From: an uncultured Candidatus Saccharibacteria bacterium
Lineage (GTDB): Bacteria; Patescibacteriota; Doudnabacteria; UBA920; 2-01-FULL-46-14
Assembly: GCA_964396685.1 (NCBI GenBank)
Contig: CAYNFS010000001.1
Coordinates: 16,638-80,637 of the forward strand
Length of the DNA: 64,000 nucleotides
Direction: 5' to 3'
The notes below the pieces were generated by a model. That model saw nothing but the letters and a program-made list of their open reading frames with translations. It ran no database searches and was not told the origin of the DNA. Below, in pieces: positions 48,294 to 57,095 of the stretch; position 1 is the stretch's first letter; the number at the start of each line of letters is the position of its first letter. Both the position numbers and the translations under genes were made by a program.

Positions 48294-48709
48294 TGTTTCG
48301 GGATAATGAAACTAAAGGTCTTAGGATGAATAATAGGAATACCGCGAAATGTCTTGATTTTGAGCAAGTGCTTATCCATAGTTACAATCAGATTTGCCTT
48401 AGCCGCAACCGCACATTCCAAAATTTTATTATCATCGGGATCTTTCTCGACAACTCGTACCTGTTCTCTAACTGCAACAAATCGACAACGCCTTAAAATT
48501 AATTGCTTAAAATCCTCGATATCGGATGAGGCAGCCAATCCCTTTTCCGGAAATATAGATAATTTAGCAAATATTTCTTCTAATATTTCTGCAGAAATGA
48601 ATAAAAAATAACCATTCTTTGGATCAAGAACAGTCTGCAAAAGTCTGTACGAAAAGCCGCGACTCAATACTGCTGAAACAAAAATATTGGAATCGAAAAT
48701 GATTCTCAC
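48284..48709 (-). CDS. PIN-domain toxin
   Basis: IIFDSNIFVSA, DPDDNKILECA and IVTMDKHLL. Confidence 0.92.
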   Translation of the reverse strand: MRIIFDSNIFVSAVLSRGFSYRLLQTVLDPKNGYFLFISAEILEEIFAKLSIFPEKGLAASSDIEDFKQLILRRCRFVAVREQVRVVEKDPDDNKILECAVAAKANLIVTMDKHLLKIKTFRGIPIIHPKTFSFIIPKQWG

Positions 48710-48716
48710 AGATATT

Positions 48717-48956
48717 TTAGCCGAAATACTTCTCCACGTCCTCTTCCGTTTTTATTCCAAGTTTTTTGGCGGCCCGTCCAAAAATTTTCTGAAGCCGGTC
48801 AAGTTCACTTTTCACGACATAACTGCTGAACGCATCTTTAGCCGCTTGACTCACGGGAATTCCTCGGTCTTTAGAAAATCTAATAACCTCCTCTTTGAGG
48901 GATTTAGGGAGCGAAACGCTAAGAATTTCTGTTTTATTGCGGTTAGCTTGAGGCAT
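48717..48956 (-). CDS. Ribbon-helix-helix antitoxin
   Basis: ILSVSLPKSL..VSQAAKDA and GIKTEEDV; directly upstream of the PIN gene. Confidence 0.85.
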   Translation of the reverse strand: MPQANRNKTEILSVSLPKSLKEEVIRFSKDRGIPVSQAAKDAFSSYVVKSELDRLQKIFGRAAKKLGIKTEEDVEKYFG

Positions 48957-48975
48957 GTTATTTATGAATTAATTT

Positions 48976-49021
48976 TTATTACTCTGTAATAAGATTACAT
49001 TATTCAAACGCGATTTGTCAA
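48976..49021 (-). promoter_or_regulatory. TA promoter with a palindromic operator
   Basis: TTGACA at 49016-49021, TAATCT -10, and palindrome TTATTAC-TCT-GTAATAA (48976-48992). Confidence 0.7.
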
Positions 49022-49050
49022 GGGAGAGGAGATGGGATGCTTGTCACACT

Positions 49051-49082
49051 CCCCTACCTAGCCCCTCCCATCCAGGGAAGGG
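49051..49082. repeat. Degenerate intergenic C/G-rich palindrome
   Basis: CCCCTACCTAGCCCCTCCC-ATCCA-GGGAAGGG, resembling the C5/G5 family. Confidence 0.4.
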
Positions 49083-49097
49083 AAAATTAAGCTTAAA

Positions 49098-49793
49098 TTA
49101 CCTAAACAATCCATACCTTACTATCCACCAAATCGCGGCAACGCCGTCTTTCCAGTTGATCTTTTTGCCCTCTTCATAGGTGCGGCCGTGGTAGGAAATG
49201 CCGGCTTCATAAACCCGCAATTTGAATTTCGAAGCGAGTGAGACGAGCTCTGGTTCGATTCCAAATCGCTTAGAGGAGAGACGGGCTTTGATCAAATCAA
49301 CGGCTTTGCGGTTAAACGTTTTGTAGCAGGCGTAAACATCGGATAGATTAAGATTGGTGAACATGTTGGAAAAAGTGGTCAAGGCGCGATTTCCCAGATA
49401 ATGCCAGAAATACAAGACGCGGTGGGGGCGTTCGGAAATAAACCGCGAGCCAAAAACCGCATCAGCCTCTCCCGCCACAATCGGGGCGACAAGCGCTTGA
49501 TACTCGTCTGGGTCGTATTCCAAATCCGCATCCTGAATAATCACGAAATCGCCGGTCGCGGCCAAAAAGCCCGCCTTTACCGCAGCACCTTTTCCTTCGT
49601 TTCTTTCCTTAAAAATTATTTTGTATTCGTTTGCGACACCTCGCAAAATTTTCCGCGTCCCGTCGGTTGAGCAGTCATCAATGACAATGATTTCTTTTTC
49701 AATTCCCAAAAGCTTGCTCTGCTTAACCCGCTGCAGCACTTCCAGAATGGTATTTTTTTCGTTGTAAACCGGGATGATAATAGATAATGTCAT
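49098..49793 (-). CDS. GT2, DPM1-like polyprenol-phosphate glycosyltransferase
   Basis: IIPVYNE, DDCSTDGT, IQDADLEYDP and EGKKINWKDG. Confidence 0.95.
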   Translation of the reverse strand: MTLSIIIPVYNEKNTILEVLQRVKQSKLLGIEKEIIVIDDCSTDGTRKILRGVANEYKIIFKERNEGKGAAVKAGFLAATGDFVIIQDADLEYDPDEYQALVAPIVAGEADAVFGSRFISERPHRVLYFWHYLGNRALTTFSNMFTNLNLSDVYACYKTFNRKAVDLIKARLSSKRFGIEPELVSLASKFKLRVYEAGISYHGRTYEEGKKINWKDGVAAIWWIVRYGLFR

Positions 49794-50860
49794 GCAGTTT
49801 TGGCAATGTCTTTCCAAAAATTAACGATTCGAGGAATCGCTTTCTCGGAATCATAAAGCCTCGCCTCCTCCTGCGCTTTCCCACCAAGCCGTGAGCGCAA
49901 ATCGGGACTAGCAATGAGCCTTTCAAGCGTCTTCCTTAATTCCGCCTTGCCGCCAATGTAAACTAAAAGTCCATTTTCGCCGTTTCTGATAATGTTAATA
50001 GCGCCCGGAGTTCTGGTCGCCACAATTGCGCAACGGGCGGCGGCCGCTTCCAAAAGTGCCCAGCCAAAGCTTTCAGTATTGGAAGGCAGAACAAAGATAT
50101 CCGCCTCCCGATATATAGGCGGCAGCTCTTCGTGAGTTTTGAATCCCAAAAATTCAATTTGTTTGGCATCCCTCGCGAGATTTTTAAGCTTACCCTCCTG
50201 CGGCCCTTGGCCTGCAATCTTCAAAACCGCCGCGACTTTCAATTCTTTAACCGCCTCAATGAGCATAGCCACATTTTTCTCGGTGGACAAGCGGCCGACA
50301 AAAAGAATCACGGGAATCGGGTTTGTTTTTTTATCTGGTGTAAAAAAATCCTTAATGGCTACGGGGGTGGGTGCTACCAAAACGGGTTTGCCAATGCCCC
50401 ACTTATCGAGTCTTTCGGCAATATTTGAATTCACTACCCGAAAAGCATCGGCTATTTTGATCGCTTTCTTGATGCAGATATACAAAAACCATTTGAGAGG
50501 GTCTAGCCCGAGCCACTTACTTGTAAAAAACATGCTGTGAATGCTCACAAGCAAAGGCGTGCCGAATTTGGCTTTAAGCCTTGCCCCGACTGGGGAGGCA
50601 AATTCCTGGGTCACGACAAGCTCATATTTGTTTTGGACAAACAGGCGCGCGGCCAGCTGATACGCCTTTTGGTAGTGGAAAAATTTGGTGGAGCCCGTGC
50701 TGTACACTCGAAAATTTGAAGTCCACTCGAGCGCTGACTGGTTTGGCGCAAAAACAATGACGTCCAAAGCGCCAGCACAGTCTGCGTATTTTTTGTGCCT
50801 TTCTGTTACCTCCCCGGCCGTAAAAAGTCTTCTGTCCAAACTGATCATCAAGACACGCAT
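49790..50860 (-). CDS. GT4 glycosyltransferase
   Basis: FVGRLSTEKN and ESFGWALLEA. Confidence 0.93.
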   Translation of the reverse strand: MRVLMISLDRRLFTAGEVTERHKKYADCAGALDVIVFAPNQSALEWTSNFRVYSTGSTKFFHYQKAYQLAARLFVQNKYELVVTQEFASPVGARLKAKFGTPLLVSIHSMFFTSKWLGLDPLKWFLYICIKKAIKIADAFRVVNSNIAERLDKWGIGKPVLVAPTPVAIKDFFTPDKKTNPIPVILFVGRLSTEKNVAMLIEAVKELKVAAVLKIAGQGPQEGKLKNLARDAKQIEFLGFKTHEELPPIYREADIFVLPSNTESFGWALLEAAAARCAIVATRTPGAINIIRNGENGLLVYIGGKAELRKTLERLIASPDLRSRLGGKAQEEARLYDSEKAIPRIVNFWKDIAKTA

Positions 50861-51990
50861 TTTTGCAGTATCTTAATTGTTCTTTCTATCATATTTTTCT
50901 TTGAGAGATTTACCTTAAATTTCTCAAACGCGCTTCTGGCACTGCTCGCAAGCTTTTGCCGTAAGGCAGGATCACTGTAAACTTGCAAAATAGCCTTTTT
51001 CAGCTGCTCTTTATTATTATACTCGATCAAAATCCCGCTTACTTTGTCCTCGACAAGCTCCGCGTTCCCGCCAATGCGAGTCGCAATGACGGGCAACCCA
51101 GCTGACATCGCCTCCAAAATCGTGTGCGACAACCCTTCGTAACCGGTATTGAGCACAAAAAGATCAGACGAGCCGAATTTTTTATACAATTCAGCACGGG
51201 GCAGATCATGATAAATCTCAAGCCTGATATCCGGATAGATTTGTTGCAGCTCTCCTACCGCCTTCCTCAATAATTCAAAGCCTTTCCAAGGAACATCGCG
51301 CCCGGCAGAAACAATCAGAAATTCTGACCCCCTCTCTTTCTCCCCCTTAACAAGGGGGAGATGAAGAGGGGGTATCGCGTTGTAAATTACTTCAACGTGG
51401 CTTTCTTTGACCCCCCAGCCCATAACCAAATTTTTCAAGTACAATGAGGGCACAACGACTTTGCAGGCCGCCTTGCAAACGCGAATCTGGATGTCGCGCA
51501 TCTTGGCAATTTTTTTGGGATAGCGGGGCAATTTCTGAAATTCGTCAATCAATTTATCAGTCAAGCCACGGCCCATGGCCTGCTCCCAGGAATAATCCCC
51601 GGTAATTTTCACGACATAGGGTTTTTTGAGCACGCGAGCGGCCAGAGAGGTCGGGTAGCCGGCCGAGACGGGATCTTGGGCGTAAAATATGTCAAAACCC
51701 CTGCCGAATTTTTTTACAGCGCGGAAATATTTATAGTAATGCCAGGGCTTGAACCAGGAGCGTGTGACGCGTGTTACTAAATAATCGTCATTGCGAGGAG
51801 TCTGCGACGAAGCAACCCCTGTGAGATTGCCGCGCTCCCTGCGGTCGCTCGCAATGACACTAGAATTTCCATAGGTAATCACCCTCACCTCATGCCCTAA
51901 TTTCTTTAACCCCCATGCGAGGAATTCACTATACGTCGCCGGCCCTCCTATCTCGGGCGGGAAAATCCCAGTACAAATTAAGATTCTCAT
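50848..51990 (-). CDS. GT4 glycosyltransferase with two in-frame palindromes
   Basis: FPPEIGGPATY, SAGRDVPWKG and EGLSHTILEAM. Confidence 0.92.
   Translation of the reverse strand: MRILICTGIFPPEIGGPATYSEFLAWGLKKLGHEVRVITYGNSSVIASDRRERGNLTGVASSQTPRNDDYLVTRVTRSWFKPWHYYKYFRAVKKFGRGFDIFYAQDPVSAGYPTSLAARVLKKPYVVKITGDYSWEQAMGRGLTDKLIDEFQKLPRYPKKIAKMRDIQIRVCKAACKVVVPSLYLKNLVMGWGVKESHVEVIYNAIPPLHLPLVKGEKERGSEFLIVSAGRDVPWKGFELLRKAVGELQQIYPDIRLEIYHDLPRAELYKKFGSSDLFVLNTGYEGLSHTILEAMSAGLPVIATRIGGNAELVEDKVSGILIEYNNKEQLKKAILQVYSDPALRQKLASSARSAFEKFKVNLSKKNMIERTIKILQKCVS
51327..51373. repeat. C5/G5 palindromic element, copy C (in frame)
   Basis: ACCCCCTCTCTTTCTCCCCC-TTAACAA-GGGGGAGATGAAGAGGGGGT. Confidence 0.9.
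51787..51858. repeat. GTCATTGCGA palindromic element (72 bp, 24 codons, in frame)
   Basis: GTCATTGCGAG...CTCGCAATGAC; encodes VIASDRRERGNLTGVASSQTPRND. Confidence 0.92.
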
Positions 51991-53681
51991 TTGAATTGTC
52001 CGTGATAAATGTAAAAGGCTTCGCGACCCTGGTCATCATAAATAATCTCCGGAGTAATTCCTTGATTTACAAAATTATCTACCAAAATCTTGGTTTCAGG
52101 GAAATTGACCCGGGACTCGCGAGCCACCTCCTTTCCAGATACCACCAGATATAAGCTGTCTAAATTCAGGCTATTAAACATGGTAAGGTCGTTCTCGCTT
52201 CGGACAACCTTTAAAAATTCTTCCGAAGTCATAATCAAAAAGCGGTGATATTGCTTCCATCTTTCAAAAATCCACATGGTGGCAAACCAGTTTGTTTGAA
52301 GATCGTAAATCAGAAGCGAGGCAAAAGGTGTTGAACCTTCCCGCAGCATCGCGAAATCAACAGCCTCTGGTTTCATGTCTTTGTACCACCAGAGCCTTGC
52401 TGCTTCTTGAACATTGGGCGGCGAGCGTTTACCGGCAAGCAGTTCTGTAATTTTTTGATCCAGCTGGGTATAGCCGTAATTTTCTACACGAAAATCAGAA
52501 TATAAAAATTGACCCCCAACAGGCTTGCGTAAATGATTCGTATTTATGATGTAAAATACAAAAAAAACTGAAACAATTCCTACAAGTGCCCAAACCAGAT
52601 ATTTAAGCTTTTGATAAGAATTGGTCCTTTGCCAAGAACCGAATCCTAAACCCAAAACCAAAGCAGCAAATGGACTTGTCACCCCCAACCATCTGGCGGC
52701 ACCTCCCACAACCGGAAAAATGATTAGCATGGAACTGATTACTAAAACCGGCAAAAGTTTGACCGATAAAAACCGCTCTTTGCGCAGAAAAAAGAGCAGA
52801 GTTGAAAACGATAGGACAACAAGCGCAAAATACGGGATTGAATATCCTTCAACGAGTGTGTTTACAACTGCCCCAAAATTCCACCGCAGCGGCTGGACAC
52901 GATTGGAAAGTAGAGTCCAGTCAGCATGCTGCTGTTTGAAAAGGTCCGAAAACTGGACGTCAAAATGCCCACGAGCCACATACAGCATGAGATTATAAAT
53001 TATTATCGGGCTTATCGCCAAAACGAAAATTATAACGCCCTGCCAGAATTTTTTGTTTGAGAAAATTTGCCTCTGCTTCCAGAGAATATACAAAAAAAGT
53101 CCCGGCAAAACAAAAAGAAAGGTGTATTTGGTCAAAAAGGCCAATCCGAGGTAAAAACCGGCATGCCGGAAAAATTTTGGGCTGTCCTCCAAAGCTTTGA
53201 GCAAATACAAGATACCAAGCAACAGAAAAAAAGTGAAAACACTTTCCAATAATCCAATCCGCCCAGTCCAAATGAAGTAATTATTCAAAACCAAAGCGCC
53301 CATTGAAAGCAGCCCCGCTTCTATTCCCGCCATTCGTTTGCCAATCAAATAAACCAAAACTGCGGAACCCAAAGCGGCAAAAACAGAAGGAAGTCTGGAA
53401 ATCAAAATTGAAACGCCAAAAATTTTAAAAAACCAATTTTGAATCAAAAAAAACAGCATGGGATGATCGTGGAAAGACAAATATGACCACCATGGCCTTT
53501 CCCCAAACCACTGTACCGGAGTGGTCTGTTTCAAAGAGGACAAAAAATCAAAATAGCCAAGCGAACGGAAAGCGTAGTGTCCGTCATCGCCCAGCATGTC
53601 CTGCCGCGTCAGGCGGAAAAAAAGCAGGAACGCGGCGAGCAACATCAGACTGATAAAAATTATTTTCTGATTCTTGGACAC
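51987..53681 (-). CDS. GT-C membrane glycosyltransferase (PMT/ArnT-like)
   Basis: DD..Y, DHP, SRLPS, LE and LAFLTKY with many TMs; GTG start. Confidence 0.88.
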   Translation of the reverse strand: MSKNQKIIFISLMLLAAFLLFFRLTRQDMLGDDGHYAFRSLGYFDFLSSLKQTTPVQWFGERPWWSYLSFHDHPMLFFLIQNWFFKIFGVSILISRLPSVFAALGSAVLVYLIGKRMAGIEAGLLSMGALVLNNYFIWTGRIGLLESVFTFFLLLGILYLLKALEDSPKFFRHAGFYLGLAFLTKYTFLFVLPGLFLYILWKQRQIFSNKKFWQGVIIFVLAISPIIIYNLMLYVARGHFDVQFSDLFKQQHADWTLLSNRVQPLRWNFGAVVNTLVEGYSIPYFALVVLSFSTLLFFLRKERFLSVKLLPVLVISSMLIIFPVVGGAARWLGVTSPFAALVLGLGFGSWQRTNSYQKLKYLVWALVGIVSVFFVFYIINTNHLRKPVGGQFLYSDFRVENYGYTQLDQKITELLAGKRSPPNVQEAARLWWYKDMKPEAVDFAMLREGSTPFASLLIYDLQTNWFATMWIFERWKQYHRFLIMTSEEFLKVVRSENDLTMFNSLNLDSLYLVVSGKEVARESRVNFPETKILVDNFVNQGITPEIIYDDQGREAFYIYHGQFK

Positions 53682-53789
53682 GTCTTTGAAATAGGAATAT
53701 GCTATTATTAACTCGCCAAAATCATATCATATATCCGCACAACAAACCAATTTATGCTATTATAAACTCATCATATCGCCCAAAAACGA

Positions 53790-54208
53790 GTTATCGGAAA
53801 TATTGCTCTTTTAAAACAAATATTTTTAGGAAGCTACATTAAACAACCAAAAAGGAGGCGTGCCATGACACGTTATACCGCGCTTGTTATTCAAAGCGGA
53901 GGCGACATTCGCTGTAAACCATACCAGCACAAAGTTACTGGCAAATGGGCTGGAGCAGTAAATCTGTACCATGATGGTTCTCTCCATACCACGCTACTTT
54001 CTTCGAAACCGGTCTTTGAATCTTCCGAGATGGCAGTGGCCTATATGGAGGATGTCGTCAAGCGGGTTCGCGCCGCAAATGTGCTGACCTAAAGTCAGCT
54101 TCCAAATTTCCGGGGAGACGCAACGTTTCCCCGCTTCCTAAAAATATTTGTTTTATTTTGGCTAACCGCCAAAAGGCTATCGCCTAAAAGAGCAATACAT
54201 CCGATAAC
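53790..54208. repeat. 45-bp inverted repeats flanking a small gene
   Basis: Left arm 53790-53834; right arm 54133-54208 has 2 mismatches and a 31-bp insertion. Confidence 0.8.
53865..54092 (+). CDS. Hypothetical 75-aa protein
   Basis: Strong AAGGAGG RBS; beta-beta-beta-alpha-like pattern. Confidence 0.7.
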   Translation: MTRYTALVIQSGGDIRCKPYQHKVTGKWAGAVNLYHDGSLHTTLLSSKPVFESSEMAVAYMEDVVKRVRAANVLT

Positions 54209-54295
54209 ACGGCATATCTGAAAAAATAAGCCACGTAGCAGGCTGGTTTTTGGCAAATTGCCGATTTTTCTTTTATTTGTTATGCTTACGCCACC

Positions 54296-54586
54296 ATGGC
54301 ACAAATAAAAATACGCGAGAAAATTCGTAAACAATTTCCTTTATTAAGGGAAAAATACCATGTCAAAAAGATCGGGATTTTTGGCTCTTTTGCCCGTGGC
54401 GAACAAGAAAAGGGAAGCGACTTGGATGTTCTGGTGGAATTCGAAACTCCCGTCAGCTTTTTTGATTTTATCAGGCTGGAAAATTTTTTAACCCATGCTT
54501 TACGCAAAAAAGTGGATTTAGTTTCCAAGAGGGCCGTCAAGCCAGCGGTAAAAAAGGAAATTTTCAAAGAAGTGCAATATGTCTAA
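54296..54586 (+). CDS. Minimal nucleotidyltransferase antitoxin (MntA-like)
   Basis: FGSFARGEQEKGSDLD matches GSX10DXD. Confidence 0.93.
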   Translation: MAQIKIREKIRKQFPLLREKYHVKKIGIFGSFARGEQEKGSDLDVLVEFETPVSFFDFIRLENFLTHALRKKVDLVSKRAVKPAVKKEIFKEVQYV

Positions 54587-54923
54587 AAGAGGGATAAGAC
54601 TCTACCTTGAAGATATCCAGAATTCTATTCGAAAAATAGAGAAGTATACACGTGGCTCTAATTTTGATAAATTTTCCAAAGATGAAAAATTGATTGACGC
54701 AGTCGTCAGGAATCTCTCTGTTATCGGCGAAGCGGTCAGGAGTATTCCCCGGCATATGAAGGCCAAAAATCCAGACATGGCTTGGAAAGAAGTCAAAGGC
54801 ATGAGAAACAAGGTTGTTCATGAGTATTTTGGCATTGATGAAGAAATCTTGTGGAAGACTATTCAAGAAGATCTGCCAGTTTTCAAAAAGCAAATCGCCA
54901 GACTATTAAGCGATATTAAATAA
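54579..54923 (+). CDS. HEPN (DUF86, HepT-like) ribonuclease toxin
   Basis: RNKVVHEY matches RX4HXY; IGEA motif. Confidence 0.93.
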   Translation: MSKRGIRLYLEDIQNSIRKIEKYTRGSNFDKFSKDEKLIDAVVRNLSVIGEAVRSIPRHMKAKNPDMAWKEVKGMRNKVVHEYFGIDEEILWKTIQEDLPVFKKQIARLLSDIK

Positions 54924-54957
54924 AAGAAAAATCGGCAACTTCAGATACACTTGAACG

Positions 54958-56187
54958 TTATGCTTTAACCAATCGCTCGAGAAGCGTTCCCATTTTTTGA
55001 GCGATAATCTCCCAGTCGTATTTTTCTTCCACGAGTTTTCGGCCGTTCTGGCCGAGCTTTTCCCGCAACTGCCCGTCTTCCAGGAGCAGTTTTATTTTTT
55101 CGGCTAAATCTTTGGGGTCATCGGCTTTGACGAACAAGCCGTTAGGATTTGACCCACTCTCACTCTCCCCCTCCGCCCCGTTGGCGAGGAGGAGAAAAGG
55201 AGAAAGAAACTCCGGAATTCCCCCGACCGGAGTGCCAATCACCGGCAATCCCGCGGCCATGGCTTCCAGAAACGAGCTTCCCAAGCCCTCGGAGCGCGAA
55301 GGGCGGACAAAAATGTCGGCTTGGCTTAAGTAATCGGGGATCTTCTCCGACTCGACATTTCCGACAAATTCTACCATGTCTTCCACGTTTAAATCTTTTG
55401 CAAGCTGTTTAAGTTTAACTTCTTCAGGCCCGCTTCCCACAATCAACAACTTGACGTCATTGCGAGGAGTCTGCGACGAAGCAATCTCATGATTTTGGGA
55501 TTGCTTCCTCCTCGACAAGCTCGGGGTCGCAATGACAGCCATTGCGTGAATCAAAATATCAATCCCGTTCTTCGGCACCAGCCGGGAGGTTGTGATTATT
55601 TTAATAATTCTGCCCCCTCTCAATCTCCCCCGTGATAAGGGGGAGAAAACAGAGAAGGTGACTCCATTCGGCACAACTTCAATCGGACGAGTCGCTCCTT
55701 CCGCTTTTGCCCAATCGGCAAGATATTGGCTGATTGCCTGAATGCAGTCCGCTCGCCTGAAAATTTTCTGCCACTGCTTCTTAAAGCCTCTGACCCTGCG
55801 ATGAATGTGGACAATCTCGTCTCCTTCCTGCAATGTCAGCAAAAACTTTACTTGAGGAAACCTGCGCAGATACATCAAAGCCGCGGCTCCCGCGTAAGCC
55901 GCCATAACCCCCCAGACAATTTGATATGGACGCTCCTGATGAAATTTTTTAGCAAGCCTAAATGCCAAAACCGGATACAAATACCTCCCCAAGCGACTGC
56001 CGAATCCTACGCGATAGACATTGACGTTGCCTATCCGCTCGAAAGATTTGTGCTTGCGGCTGAAACGGCAGGTGACCAAATCAAAATCAAAGGACGGCAA
56101 ACGATCGGTAATGTTCCTGACCGCGAGTTCTGCGCCTCCGATCAAGGGCTCGTAAGCAATGCTGAAAATCAAGATACGGGGTTTCAT
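54958..56187 (-). CDS. GT4 glycosyltransferase with three in-frame palindromes
   Basis: IGGAE, TSRLVPKNG and EGLGSSFLEAMAAG. Confidence 0.92.
   Translation of the reverse strand: MKPRILIFSIAYEPLIGGAELAVRNITDRLPSFDFDLVTCRFSRKHKSFERIGNVNVYRVGFGSRLGRYLYPVLAFRLAKKFHQERPYQIVWGVMAAYAGAAALMYLRRFPQVKFLLTLQEGDEIVHIHRRVRGFKKQWQKIFRRADCIQAISQYLADWAKAEGATRPIEVVPNGVTFSVFSPLSRGRLRGGRIIKIITTSRLVPKNGIDILIHAMAVIATPSLSRRKQSQNHEIASSQTPRNDVKLLIVGSGPEEVKLKQLAKDLNVEDMVEFVGNVESEKIPDYLSQADIFVRPSRSEGLGSSFLEAMAAGLPVIGTPVGGIPEFLSPFLLLANGAEGESESGSNPNGLFVKADDPKDLAEKIKLLLEDGQLREKLGQNGRKLVEEKYDWEIIAQKMGTLLERLVKA
55152..55205. repeat. C5/G5 palindromic element, degenerate copy (in frame)
   Basis: ACCCACTCTCACTCTCCCCC-TCCGCCCCGTTGGCGA-GGAGGAGAAAAGGAG. 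Confidence 0.7.
55456..55536. repeat. GTCATTGCGA palindromic element (81 bp, 27 codons, in frame)
   Basis: First 29 bp identical to the copy at 51787; encodes VIATPSLSRRKQSQNHEIASSQTPRND. Confidence 0.92.
55612..55659. repeat. C5/G5 palindromic element, degenerate copy (in frame)
   Basis: GCCCCCTCTCAATCTCCCCC-GTGATAA-GGGGGAGA. Confidence 0.8.
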
Positions 56188-57095
56188 GAAAGTCCATACA
56201 GTTTTTTAAGTTCCGCAATTCCTTTTTCCAAAGAGTTCTTCGGCTGCCAGCCTAAAAGTTTTCCGGCTTTTGTGTTGTCGGCCAAAGTTACGCGGGTTTC
56301 AGCCGGTCTGGGCGGAATATGCGCGCTTTCTCCGCCGATAATTTTCGCCACCTCATTAATACTGTAATTTTTCCCGGTACCGATATTAAAAATTTCACCG
56401 CCAAGAACTTCCTTTTGCCAAGCCAAAATATTCGCCTCCACTACATCTGAAACGTAAGTAAAATCGCGCTGCTGCTCTCCATCACCGACGATTGGCAGAG
56501 GTTCTCGATTTTTAAATCTATCTAAAAAAATGCCTATGACCGTGGCATAAGGCCCATCGGCTTCCGTAGTTTGCCTCGGCCCATAAACATTGAAGTAGCG
56601 CAAAACCACAGTCGGAAATTTGTAAAGCTCGGAAAAAAGCCGACAGTACATCTCCCCGACCAGCTTTTGCAATCCATAGGGGCTTTTCGGGCGCGGCGTC
56701 ATATCTTCGGTCAGCGGCAACCGATTCTGGTCTCCATACACCGAAGACGACGCGGAGTACACAAGCTTCTTCACCCCTGCTTTGTAAGCGGCCCATAAAA
56801 CGTTCAGAGTCCCGGTGATATTTGACTTGTTCCAAGGCAAAGGATTGGCAATGGACGGCTGGATGCGGGCCTGGGCCGCCAAGTGAAACACGCATTCCAC
56901 GCCTGCAAAATGCGGAGCGATTTTTTCGTAATCGGCAATGTCACATTCTACAAATTTTGCCCGGGGATTTAGATTTTTTTTCTTGCCGGTGGAAAGATTA
57001 TCCAAAACCACAACTTCATGGCCGTCCGCTATGAGCCTGTCCGCCAAATGTGAACCGATGAATCCAGCACCACCTGTGACTAAAAGCTTGGTCAT
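56184..57095 (-). CDS. NAD-dependent UDP-sugar 4-epimerase-like protein
   Basis: TGGAGFIGSH, YGLQK, RYFNVYGPRQ and RDFTYV. Confidence 0.95.
   Translation of the reverse strand: MTKLLVTGGAGFIGSHLADRLIADGHEVVVLDNLSTGKKKNLNPRAKFVECDIADYEKIAPHFAGVECVFHLAAQARIQPSIANPLPWNKSNITGTLNVLWAAYKAGVKKLVYSASSSVYGDQNRLPLTEDMTPRPKSPYGLQKLVGEMYCRLFSELYKFPTVVLRYFNVYGPRQTTEADGPYATVIGIFLDRFKNREPLPIVGDGEQQRDFTYVSDVVEANILAWQKEVLGGEIFNIGTGKNYSINEVAKIIGGESAHIPPRPAETRVTLADNTKAGKLLGWQPKNSLEKGIAELKKLYGLS

Larger units (their letters stand above)
54258..54938. mobile_element. Cassette bounded by perfect 21-bp inverted repeats, carrying MNT-HEPN
   Basis: TTGCCGATTTTTCTTTTATTT (54258-54278) and AAATAAAAGAAAAATCGGCAA (54918-54938). 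Mobility is inferred. Confidence 0.6.
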
